From Auanema rhodensis (taxonomy: Eukaryota; Animalia; Nematoda), in contig OZ059896.1 in NCBI GenBank assembly GCA_964057225.1, forward strand, positions 22,320,001 through 22,384,000: DNA of 64,000 bases. Reading direction: 5' to 3'. Position 1 is the stretch's first letter, and every line of letters starts with the position of its first letter. The notes below the pieces were generated by a model, which worked only from the letters and a program-made list of their open reading frames with translations, was not told where the DNA came from and did no database searches. The position numbers and the translations under genes were made by a program. Of this stretch, positions 1-12,284 are shown piece by piece.

Positions 1-21
1 GTCAAAATGTTTTTGGAAGCA

Positions 22-49
22 ATGTTGAGTGTACATGGAAACTCAACAT
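22..49. repeat. Inverted repeat 1 of the monomer: 9-bp perfect arms, 10-nt spacer
   Basis: atgttgagt (22-30) is the reverse complement of actcaacat (41-49). Confidence 0.95.
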
Positions 50-132
50 ACACTAATGCATCATTTTTCAAACGATCATAACTAATTTTTGTATTAAGCG
101 TTTTTCAATGTAGTATAGTGCATTCGATGCGG

Positions 133-183
133 ATTTTTAAGCTGCGTCGATCTGTGTTATCAGATTTGCGCTAGCTTAAAAAT
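133..183. repeat. Inverted repeat 2 of the monomer: 51-bp imperfect palindrome
   Basis: atttttaagct (133-143)/agcttaaaaat (173-183); inner gcg (144-146)/cgc (169-171) and atctg (150-154)/cagat (161-165) around a 6-nt loop. Confidence 0.93.
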
Positions 184-200
184 GCACCGAGATATCAACT

Positions 201-222
201 GATATAAGTTCACACTTATATC
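201..222. repeat. Inverted repeat 3 of the monomer: 9-bp arms, 4-nt loop
   Basis: gatataagt (201-209)/acttatatc (214-222). One pair is broken in subtype C (cacacatat). Confidence 0.95.
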
Positions 223-324
223 CTCGATTTTCACCCTGAAGAAATATTTTTTCCGTTGAATAACATTGTCCATCGTCTTTGCCTTGAAAAAAGGAATCTA
301 AAAACATCTACTTTTTGCTAAATT

Positions 325-359
325 ATTTCGAAATTTTTCGAAAAAATTTTTGTCAAAAT
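325..359. repeat. A/T-tract palindrome cluster at the monomer junction
   Basis: Overlapping palindromes atttcgaaat (325-334, in C329 copies), tttttcgaaaaa (334-345) and aaaaattttt (342-351). Confidence 0.85.
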
Positions 360-3300
360 GTTTTTGGAAGCAATGTTGAGTGTACATGGAAACTCAACAT
401 ACACTAATGCATCATTTTTCAAACGATCATAACTAATTTTTGTATTAAGCGTTTCTCAATGTCGTATAGTGCATTCGATGCGGATTTTTAAGCTGCGTCG
501 ATCTCTGTTATCAGATTTGCGCTAGCTTAAAAATGCACCGAGATATCAACTGATATAAGTTCACACTTATATCCTCGATTTTCACCCTGAAGAAATACTT
601 TTTCCGTTGAATAACATTGTCCATCGTCTTTGCCTTGAAAAAAGGAATCTAAAAACATCTACTTTTTGCTAAATTATTCCGAAATTTTTCGAAAAAATTT
701 TTGTCAAAATGTTTTTGGAAGCAATGTTGAGTGTACATGGAAACTCAACATACACTAATGCATCATTTTTCAAACGATCATAACTAATTTTTGTATTAAG
801 CGTTTCTCAATGTAGTATAGTGCATTCGATGCGGATTTTTAAGCTGCGTCGATCTCTGTTATCAGATTTGCGCTAGCTTAAAAATGCACCGAGATATCAA
901 CTGATATAAGTTCACACTTATATCCTCGATTTTCACCCTGAAGAAATACTTTTTCCGTTGAATAACATTGTCCATCGTCTTTGCCTTGAAAAAAGGAATC
1001 TAAAAACATCTACTTTTTGCTAAATTATTCCGAAATTTTTCGAAAAAATTTTTGTCAAAATGTTTTTGGAAGCAATGTTGAGTGTACATGGAAACTCAAC
1101 ATACACTAATGCATCATTTTTCAAACGATCATAACTAATTTTTGTATTAAGCGTTTCTCAATGTAGTATAGTGCATTCGATGCGGATTTTTAAACTGCGT
1201 CGATCTCTGTTATCAGATTTGCGCTAGCTTAAAAATGCACCGAGATATCAACTGATATAAGTTCACACTTATATCCTCGATTTTCACCCTGAAGGAATAA
1301 TTTTTTCGTTGAATAACATTGTCCATCGTCTTTGCCTTGAAAAAAGAAATCTAAAAACATCTACTTTTTGCTAAATTATTTTGAAATTTTTCGAAAAAAT
1401 TTTTGTCAAAATGTTTTTGGAAGCAATGTTGAGTGTACATGGAAACTCAACATACACTAATGCATCATTTTTCAAACGATCATAACTAATTTTTGTATTA
1501 AGCGTTTCTCAATGTAGTATAGTGCATTCGATGCGGATTTTTAAGCTGCGTCGATCTGTGTTATCAGATTTGCGCTAGCTTAAAAATGCACCGAGATATC
1601 AACTGATATAAGTTCACACATATATCCTCGATTTTCACCCTGAAGAATTAATTTTTTCGTTGAATAACATTGTCCATCGTCTTTGCCTTGAAAACTGGAA
1701 TCTAAAAACCTCTACTTTTTGCTAAATTATTTTGAAATTTTTCGAAAAAATTTTTGTCAAAATGTTTTTGGAAGCAATGTTGAGTGTACATGGAAACTCA
1801 ACATACACTAATGCATCATTTTTCAAACGATCATAACTAATTTTTGTATTAAGCGTTTCTCAATGTAGTATAGTGCATTCGATGCGGATTTTTAAGCTGC
1901 GTCGATCTGTGTTATCAGATTTGCGCTAGCTTGAAAATGCACCGAGATATCAACTGATATAAGTTCACACTTATATCCTCGATTTTCACCCTGAAGAAAT
2001 ACTTTTTCCGTTGAATAACATTGTCCATCGTCTTTGCCTTGAAAAAAGGAATCTAAAAACATCTACTTTTTGCTAAATTATTTCGAAATTTTTCGAAAAA
2101 ATTTTTGTCAAAATGTTTTTGGAAGCAATGTTGAGTGTACATGGAAACTCAACATACACTAATGCATCATTTTTCAAACGATCATAACTAATTTTTGTAT
2201 TAAGCGTTTCTCAATGTAGTATAGTGCATTCGATGCGGATTTTTAAGCTGCGTCGATCTGTGTTATCAGATTTGCGCTAGCTTAAAAATGCACCGAGATA
2301 TCAACTGATATAAGTTCACACATATATCCTCGATTTTCACCCTGAAGAATTAATTTTTTCGTTGAATAACATTGTCCATCGTCTTTGCCTTGAAAACTGG
2401 AATCTAAAAACATCTACTTTTTGCTGAATTATTTTGAAATTTTTCGAAAAAATTTTTGTCAAAATGTTTTTGGAAGCAATGTTGAGTGTACATGGAAACT
2501 CAACATACACTAATGCATCATTTTTCAAACGATCATAACTAATTTTTGTATTAAGCGTTTCTCAATGTAGTATAGTGCATTCGATGCGGATTTTTAAGCT
2601 GCGTCGATCTGTGTTATCAGATTTGCGCTAGCTTAAAAATGCACCGAGATATCAACTGATATAAGTTCACACATATATCCTCGATTTTCACCCTGAAGAA
2701 TTAATTTTTTCGTTGAATAACATTGTCCATCGTCTTTGCCTTGAAAACTGGAATCTAAAAACATCTACTTTTTGCTGAATTATTTTGAAATTTTTCGAAA
2801 AAATTTTTGTCAAAATGTTTTTGGAAGCAATGTTGAGTGTACATGGAAACTCAACATACACTAATGCATCATTTTTCAAACGATCATAACTAATTTTTGT
2901 ATTAAGCGTTTCTCAATGTAGTATAGTGCATTCGATGCGGATTTTTAAGCTGCGTCGATCTCTGTTATCAGATTTGCGCTAGCTTAAAAATGCACCGAGA
3001 TATCAACTGATATAAGTTCACACTTATATCCTCGATTTTCACCCTGAAGGAATAATTTTTTCGTTGAATAACATTGTCCATCGTCTTTGCCTTGAAAAAA
3101 GGAATCTAAAAACATCTACTTTTTGCTAAATTATTTTGAAATTTTTCGAAAAAATTTTTGTCAAAATGTTTTTGGAAGCAATGTTGAGTGTACATGGAAA
3201 CTCAACATACACTAATGCATCATTTTTCAAACGATCATAACTAATTTTTGTATTAAGCGTTTCTCAATGTAGTATAGTGCATTCGATGCGGATTTTTAAG

Positions 3301-6300
3301 CTGCGTCGATCTGTGTTATCAGATTTGCGCTAGCTTAAAAATGCACCGAGATATCAACTGATATAAGTTCACACATATATCCTCGATTTTCACCCTGAAG
3401 AATTAATTTTTTCGTTGAATAACATTGTCCATCGTCTTTGCCTTGAAAACTGGAATCTAAAAACATCTACTTTTTGCTGAATTATTTTGAAATTTTTCGA
3501 AAAAATTTTTGTCAAAATGTTTTTGGAAGCAATGTTGAGTGTACATGGAAACTCAACATACACTAATGCATCATTTTTCAAACGATCATAACTAATTTTT
3601 GTATTAAGCGTTTCTCAATGTAGTATAGTGCATTCGATGCGGATTTTTAAGCTGCGTCGATCTCTGTTATCAGATTTGCGCTAGCTTAAAAATGCACCGA
3701 GATATCAACTGATATAAGTTCACACTTATATCCTCGATTTTCACCCTGAAGGAATAATTTTTTCGTTGAATAACATTGTCCATCGTCTTTGCCTTGAAAA
3801 AAGGAATCTAAAAACATCTACTTTTTGCTAAATTATTTTGAAATTTTTCGAAAAAATTTTTGTCAAAATGTTTTTGGAAGCAATGTTGAGTGTACATGGA
3901 AACTCAACATACACTAATGCATCATTTTTCAAACGATCATAACTAATTTTTGTATTAAGCGTTTCTCAATGTAGTATAGTGCATTCGATGCGGATTTTTA
4001 AGCTGCGTCGATCTGTGTTATCAGATTTGCGCTAGCTTGAAAATGCACCGAGATATCAACTGATATAAGTTCACACTTATATCCTCGATTTTCACCCTGA
4101 AGGAATAATTTTTTCGTTGAATAACATTGTCCATCGTCTTTGCCTTGAAAAAAGGAATCTAAAAACATCTACTTTTTGCTAAATTATTTTGAAATTTTTC
4201 GAAAAAATTTTTGTCAAAATGTTTTTGGAAGCAATGTTGAGTGTACATGGAAACTCAACATACACTAATGCATCATTTTTCAAACGATCATAACTAATTT
4301 TTGTATTAAGCGTTTCTCAATGTAGTATAGTGCATTCGATGCGGATTTTTAAGCTGCGTCGATCTGTGTTATCAGATTTGCGCTAGCTTGAAAATGCACC
4401 GAGATATCAACTGATATAAGTTCACACTTATATCCTCGATTTTCACCCTGAAGAAATACTTTTTCCGTTGAATAACATTGTCCATCGTCTTTGCCTTGAA
4501 AAAAGGAATCTAAAAACATCTACTTTTTGCTAAATTATTTCGAAATTTTTCGAAAAAATTTTTGTCAAAATGTTTTTGGAAGCAATGTTGAGTGTACATG
4601 GAAACTCAACATACACTAATGCATCATTTTTCAAACGATCATAACTAATTTTTGTATTAAGCGTTTCTCAATGTAGTATAGTGCATTCGATGCGGATTTT
4701 TAAGCTGCGTCGATCTGTGTTATCAGATTTGCGCTAGCTTAAAAATGCACCGAGATATCAACTGATATAAGTTCACACATATATCCTCGATTTTCACCCT
4801 GAAGAATTAATTTTTTCGTTGAATAACATTGTCCATCGTCTTTGCCTTGAAAACTGGAATCTAAAAACATCTACTTTTTGCTGAATTATTTTGAAATTTT
4901 TCGAAAAAATTTTTGTCAAAATGTTTTTGGAAGCAATGTTGAGTGTACATGGAAACTCAACATACACTAATGCATCATTTTTCAAACGATCATAACTAAT
5001 TTTTGTATTAAGCGTTTCTCAATGTAGTATAGTGCATTCGATGCGGATTTTTAAGCTGCGTCGATCTCTGTTATCAGATTTGCGCTAGCTTAAAAATGCA
5101 CCGAGATATCAACTGATATAAGTTCACACATATATCCTCGATTTTCACCCTGAAGAATTAATTTTTTCGTTGAATAACATTGTCCATCGTCTTTGCCTTG
5201 AAAACTGGAATCTAAAAACCTCTACTTTTTGCTAAATTATTTTGAAATTTTTCGAAAAAATTTTTGTCAAAATGTTTTTGGAAGCAATGTTGAGTGTACA
5301 TGGAAACTCAACATACACTAATGCATCATTTTTCAAACGATCATAACTAATTTTTGTATTAAGCGTTTCTCAATGTAGTATAGTGCATTCGATGCGGATT
5401 TTTAAGCTGCGTCGATCTGTGTTATCAGATTTGCGCTAGCTTGAAAATGCACCGAGATATCAACTGATATAAGTTCACACTTATATCCTCGATTTTCACC
5501 CTGAAGAAATACTTTTTCCGTTGAATAACATTGTCCATCGTCTTTGCCTTGAAAAAAGGAATCTAAAAACATCTACTTTTTGCTAAATTATTTCGAAATT
5601 TTTCGAAAAAATTTTTGTCAAAATGTTTTTGGAAGCAATGTTGAGTGTACATGGAAACTCAACATACACTAATGCATCATTTTTCAAACGATCATAACTA
5701 ATTTTTGTATTAAGCGTTTCTCAATGTAGTATAGTGCATTCGATGCGGATTTTTAAGCTGCGTCGATCTGTGTTATCAGATTTGCGCTAGCTTAAAAATG
5801 CACCGAGATATCAACTGATATAAGTTCACACATATATCCTCGATTTTCACCCTGAAGAATTAATTTTTTCGTTGAATAACATTGTCCATCGTCTTTGCCT
5901 TGAAAACTGGAATCTAAAAACATCTACTTTTTGCTGAATTATTTTGAAATTTTTCGAAAAAATTTTTGTCAAAATGTTTTTGGAAGCAATGTTGAGTGTA
6001 CATGGAAACTCAACATACACTAATGCATCATTTTTCAAACGATCATAACTAATTTTTGTATTAAGCGTTTCTCAATGTAGTATAGTGCATTCGATGCGGA
6101 TTTTTAAGCTGCGTCGATCTCTGTTATCAGATTTGCGCTAGCTTAAAAATGCACCGAGATATCAACTGATATAAGTTCACACTTATATCCTCGATTTTCA
6201 CCCTGAAGGAATAATTTTTTCGTTGAATAACATTGTCCATCGTCTTTGCCTTGAAAAAAGGAATCTAAAAACATCTACTTTTTGCTAAATTATTTTGAAA

Positions 6301-9300
6301 TTTTTCGAAAAAATTTTTGTCAAAATGTTTTTGGAAGCAATGTTGAGTGTACATGGAAACTCAACATACACTAATGCATCATTTTTCAAACGATCATAAC
6401 TAATTTTTGTATTAAGCGTTTCTCAATGTAGTATAGTGCATTCGATGCGGATTTTTAAGCTGCGTCGATCTGTGTTATCAGATTTGCGCTAGCTTAAAAA
6501 TGCACCGAGATATCAACTGATATAAGTTCACACTTATATCCTCGATTTTCACCCTGAAGGAATAATTTTTTCGTTGAATAACATTGTCCATCGTCTTTGC
6601 CTTGAAAAAAGGAATCTAAAAACATCTACTTTTTGCTAAATTATTTTGAAATTTTTCGAAAAAATTTTTGTCAAAATGTTTTTGGAAGCAATGTTGAGTG
6701 TACATGGAAACTCAACATACACTAATGCATCATTTTTCAAACGATCATAACTAATTTTTGTATTAAGCGTTTCTCAATGTAGTATAGTGCATTCGATGCG
6801 GATTTTTAAGCTGCGTCGATCTGTGTTATCAGATTTGCGCTAGCTTAAAAATGCACCGAGATATCAACTGATATAAGTTCACACTTATATCCTCGATTTT
6901 CACCCTGAAGAAATACTTTTTCCGTTGAATAACATTGTCCATCGTCTTTGCCTTGAAAAAAGGAATCTAAAAACATCTACTTTTTGCTAAATTATTTCGA
7001 AATTTTTCGAAAAAATTTTTGTCAAAATGTTTTTGGAAGCAATGTTGAGTGTACATGGAAACTCAACATACACTAATGCATCATTTTTCAAACGATCATA
7101 ACTAATTTTTGTATTAAGCGTTTCTCAATGTAGTATAGTGCATTCGATGCGGATTTTTAAGCTGCGTCGATCTGTGTTATCAGATTTGCGCTAGCTTGAA
7201 AATGCACCGAGATATCAACTGATATAAGTTCACACTTATATCCTCGATTTTCACCCTGAAGAAATACTTTTTCCGTTGAATAACATTGTCCATCGTCTTT
7301 GCCTTGAAAAAAGGAATCTAAAAACATCTACTTTTTGCTAAATTATTTCGAAATTTTTCGAAAAAATTTTTGTCAAAATGTTTTTGGAAGCAATGTTGAG
7401 TGTACATGGAAACTCAACATACACTAATGCATCATTTTTCAAACGATCATAACTAATTTTTGTATTAAGCGTTTCTCAATGTAGTATAGTGCATTCGATG
7501 CGGATTTTTAAGCTGCGTCGATCTGTGTTATCAGATTTGCGCTAGCTTAAAAATGCACCGAGATATCAACTGATATAAGTTCACACATATATCCTCGATT
7601 TTCACCCTGAAGAATTAATTTTTTCGTTGAATAACATTGTCCATCGTCTTTGCCTTGAAAACTGGAATCTAAAAACATCTACTTTTTGCTGAATTATTTT
7701 GAAATTTTTCGAAAAAATTTTTGTCAAAATGTTTTTGGAAGCAATGTTGAGTGTACATGGAAACTCAACATACACTAATGCATCATTTTTCAAACGATCA
7801 TAACTAATTTTTGTATTAAGCGTTTCTCAATGTAGTATAGTGCATTCGATGCGGATTTTTAAGCTGCGTCGATCTCTGTTATCAGATTTGCGCTAGCTTA
7901 AAAATGCACCGAGATATCAACTGATATAAGTTCACACTTATATCCTCGATTTTCACCCTGAAGGAATAATTTTTTCGTTGAATAACATTGTCCATCGTCT
8001 TTGCCTTGAAAAAAGGAATCTAAAAACATCTACTTTTTGCTAAATTATTTTGAAATTTTTCGAAAAAATTTTTGTCAAAATGTTTTTGGAAGCAATGTTG
8101 AGTGTACATGGAAACTCAACATACACTAATGCATCATTTTTCAAACGATCATAACTAATTTTTGTATTAAGCGTTTCTCAATGTAGTATAGTGCATTCGA
8201 TGCGGATTTTTAAGCTGCGTCGATCTGTGTTATCAGATTTGCGCTAGCTTAAAAATGCACCGAGATATCAACTGATATAAGTTCACACATATATCCTCGA
8301 TTTTCACCCTGAAGAATTAATTTTTTCGTTAAATAACATTGTCCATCGTCTTTGCCTTGAAAACTGGAATCTAAAAACATCTACTTTTTGCTGAATTATT
8401 TTGAAATTTTTCGAAAAAATTTTTGTCAAAATGTTTTTGGAAGCAATGTTGAGTGTACATGGAAACTCAACATACACTAATGCATCATTTTTCAAACGAT
8501 CATAACTAATTTTTGTATTAAGCGTTTCTCAATGTAGTATAGTGCATTCGATGCGGATTTTTAAGCTGCGTCGATCTCTGTTATCAGATTTGCGCTAGCT
8601 TAAAAATGCACCGAGATATCAACTGATATAAGTTCACACTTATATCCTCGATTTTCACCCTGAAGGAATAATTTTTTCGTTGAATAACATTGTCCATCGT
8701 CTTTGCCTTGAAAAAAGGAATCTAAAAACATCTACTTTTTGCTAAATTATTTTGAAATTTTTCGAAAAAATTTTTGTCAAAATGTTTTTGGAAGCAATGT
8801 TGAGTGTACATGGAAACTCAACATACACTAATGCATCATTTTTCAAACGATCATAACTAATTTTTGTATTAAGCGTTTCTCAATGTAGTATAGTGCATTC
8901 GATGCGGATTTTTAAGCTGCGTCGATCTGTGTTATCAGATTTGCGCTAGCTTGAAAATGCACCGAGATATCAACTGATATAAGTTCACACTTATATCCTC
9001 GATTTTCACCCTGAAGAAATACTTTTTCCGTTGAATAACATTGTCCATCGTCTTTGCCTTGAAAAAAGGAATCTAAAAACATCTACTTTTTGCTAAATTA
9101 TTTCGAAATTTTTCGAAAAAATTTTTGTCAAAATGTTTTTGGAAGCAATGTTGAGTGTACATGGAAACTCAACATACACTAATGCATCATTTTTCAAACA
9201 ATCATAACTAATTTTTGTATTAAGCGTTTCTCAATGTAGTATAGTGCATTCGATGCGGATTTTTAAGCTGCGTCGATCTGTGTTATCAGATTTGCGCTAG

Positions 9301-10881
9301 CTTAAAAATGCACCGAGATATCAACTGATATAAGTTCACACTTATATCCTCGATTTTCACCCTGAAGAATTAATTTTTTCGTTGAATAACATTGTCCATC
9401 GTCTTTGCCTTGAATAAAGGAATCTAAAAACATCTACTTTTTGCTAAATTATTTTGAAATTTTTCGAAAAAATTTTTGTCAAAATGTTTTTGGAAGCAAT
9501 GTTGAGTGTACATGGAAACTCAACATACACTAATGCATCATTTTTCAAACGATCATAACTAATTTTTGTATTAAGCGTTTTTCAATGTAGTATAGTGCAT
9601 TCGATGCGGATTTTTAAGCTGCGTCGATCTCTGTTATCAGATTTGCGCTAGCTTAAAAATGCACCGAGATATCAACTGATATAAGTTCACACTTATATCC
9701 TCGATTTTCACCCTGAAGGAATAATTTTTTCGTTGAATAACATTGTCCATCGTCTTTGCCTTGAAAAAAGGAATCTAAAAACATCTACTTTTTGCTAAAT
9801 TATTTTGAAATTTTTCGAAAAAATTTTTGTTAAAATGTTTTTGGAAGCAATGTTGAGTGTACATGGAAACTCAACATACACTAATGCATCATTTTTCAAA
9901 CGATCATAACTAATTTTTGTATTAAGCGTTTTTCAATGTAGTATAGTGCATTCGATGCGGATTTTTAAGCTGCGTCGATCTCTGTTATCAGATTTGCGCT
10001 AGCTTAAAAATGCACCGAGATATCAACTGATATAAGTTCACACTTATATCCTCGATTTTCACCCTGAAGGAATAATTTTTTCGTTGAATAACATTGTCCA
10101 TCGTCTTTGCCTTGAAAAAAGGAATCTAAAAACATCTACTTTTTGCTAAATTATTTTGAAATTTTTCGAAAAAATTTTTGTCAAAATGTTTTTGGAAGCA
10201 ATGTTGAGTGTACATGGAAACTCAACATACACTAATGCATCATTTTTCAAACGATCATAACTAATTTTTGTATTAAGCGTTTCTCAATGTAGTATAGTGC
10301 ATTCGATGCGGATTTTTAAGCTGCGTCGATCTGTGTTATCAGATTTGCGCTAGCTTAAAAATGCACCGAGATATCAACTGATATAAGTTCACACATATAT
10401 CCTCGATTTTCACCCTGAAGAATTAATTTTTTCGTTGAATTACATTGTCCATCGTCTTTGCCTTGAAAACTGGAATCTAAAAACATCTACTTTTTGCTAA
10501 ATTATTTTGAAATTTTTCGAAAAAATTTTTGTCAAAATGTTTTTGGAAGCAATGTTGAGTGTACATGGAAACTCAACATACACTAATGCATCATTTTTCA
10601 AACGATCATAACTAATTTTTGTATTAAGCGTTTCTCAATGTAGTATAGTGCATTCGATGCGGATTTTCAAGCTGCGTCGATCTGTGTTATCAGATTTGCG
10701 CTAGCTTAAAAATGCACCGAGATATCAACTGATATAAGTTCACACTTATATCCTCGATTTTCACCCTGAAGAAATACTTTTTCCGTTGAATAACATTGTC
10801 CATCGTCTTTGCCTTGAAAAAAGGAATCTAAAAACATCTACTTTTTGCTAAATTATTTCGAAATTTTTCGAAAAAATTTTT

Positions 10882-12284
10882 GTCAAAATGTTTTTGGAAG
10901 CAATGTTGAGTGTACATGGAAACTCAACATACACTAATGCATCATTTTTCAAACGATCATAACTAATTTTTGTATTAAGCGTTTCTCAATGTAGTATAGT
11001 GCATTCGATGCGGATTTTTAGGCTGCGTCGATCTCTGTTATCAGATTTGCGCTAGCTTAAAAATGCACCGAGATATCAACTGATATAAGTTCACACTTAT
11101 ATCCTCGATTTTCACCCTGGAGAATTAATTTTTTCGTTGAATAACATTGTCCATCGTCTTTGCCTTGAATAAAGGAATCTAAAAACATCTACTTTTTGCT
11201 AAATTATTTTGAAATTTTTCGAAAAAATTTTTGTCAAAATGTTTTTGGAAGCAATGTTGAGTGTACATGGAAACTCAACATACACTAATGCATCATTTTT
11301 CAAACGATCATAACTAATTTTTGTATTAAGCGTTTCTCAATGTCGTATAGTGCATTCGATGCGGATTTTTAAGCTGCGTCGATCTGTGTTATCAGATTTG
11401 CGCTAGCTTAAAAATGCACCGAGATATCAACTGATATAAGTTCACACTTATATCCTCGATTTTCACCCTGAAGGAATAATTTTTTCGTTGAATAACATTG
11501 TCCATCGTCTTTGCCTTGAAAAAAGGAATCTAAAAACATCTACTTTTTGCTAAATTATTTCGAAATTTTTCGAAAAAATTTTTGTCAAAATGTTTTTGGA
11601 AGCAATGTTGAGTGTACATGGAAACTCAACATACACTAATGCATCATTTTTCAAACGATCATAACTAATTTTTGTATTAAGCGTTTCTCAATGTAGTATA
11701 GTGCATTCGATGCGGATTTTTAAGCTGCGTCGATCTCTGTTATCAGATTTGCGCTAGCTTAAAAATGCACCGAGATATCAACTGATATAAGTTCACACTT
11801 ATATCCTCGATTTTCACCCTGGAGAATTAATTTTTTCGTTGAATAACATTGTCCATCGTCTTTGCCTTGAATAAAGGAATCTAAAAACATCTACTTTTTG
11901 CTAAATTATTTTGAAATTTTTCGAAAAAATTTTTGTCAAAATGTTTTTGGAAGCAATGTTGAGTGTACATGGAAACTCAACATACACTAATGCATCATTT
12001 TTCAAACGATCATAACTAATTTTTGTATTAAGCGTTTCTCAATGTCGTATAGTGCATTCGATGCGGATTTTTAAGCTGCGTCGATCTGTGTTATCAGATT
12101 TGCGCTAGCTTAAAAATGCACCGAGATATCAACTGATATAAGTTCACACTTATATCCTCGATTTTCACCCTGAAGGAATAATTTTTTCGTTGAATAACAT
12201 TGTCCATCGTCTTTGCCTTGAAAAAAGGAATCTAAAAACATCTACTTTTTGCTAAATTATTTCGAAATTTTTCGAAAAATTTTT
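10882..12284. repeat. Local 2-monomer (702-bp) tandem duplication
   Basis: Private variant ccctGGag at 11120 and 11822, and tgtCgt at 11344 and 12046; both pairs are 702 bp apart. Confidence 0.9.

Larger units (their letters stand above)
1..351. repeat. Representative monomer (phase arbitrary); carries BsrGI (30-35), NsiI (56-61), NheI (170-175), EcoRV (191-196) and BstBI (337-342) sites
   Basis: Read directly: tgtaca, atgcat, gctagc, gatatc, ttcgaa. Confidence 0.95.

Noticed and set aside
118-132. tRNA T-loop or Pol III B-box-like attcgatgc
   Set aside because: No cloverleaf or matching A-box, and the conserved G is missing.
133-222. Conserved functional RNA structure supported by covariation
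   Set aside because: Common variants (154 g>c, 216 t>a, 176 t>c, 137 t>g) break pairs without compensation; the potentially compensatory 138C and 178G were not seen in the same monomer.
223-239. Resemblance to the alpha-satellite pJalpha motif (ttttcacc core)
   Set aside because: About 11/17 identity, mostly a T run; plausible by chance.
236-289. Hammerhead ribozyme core (CTGAAGA ... GAAA), as in newt, schistosome and cricket satellites
   Set aside because: I could not build stems I-III around the motifs, subtypes B and E destroy CTGANGA, and the minus strand has no core. An Infernal search with Rfam hammerhead models on a dimer would settle it.
1-351. Monomer as an ancient dimer of ~175-bp halves
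   Set aside because: Only gtcaaaatgt versus ttaaaaatgc (1-10 versus 176-185) aligns by eye; similarity does not extend.
1303-1320. CENP-B box-like tttcgttgaa
   Set aside because: Matches only the TTCG....A half; the required CGGG is absent and subtype A reads tccg.
2337-8495. Seven identical 63-aa minus-strand ORFs (MKNDALVYVEF...)
   Set aside because: They exist only where gctAaa becomes gctGaa, turning a TAG into CAG. About 174 other monomers keep the stop. The product is F/K/I/N-rich as expected from AT-rich DNA and has no recognisable domain.
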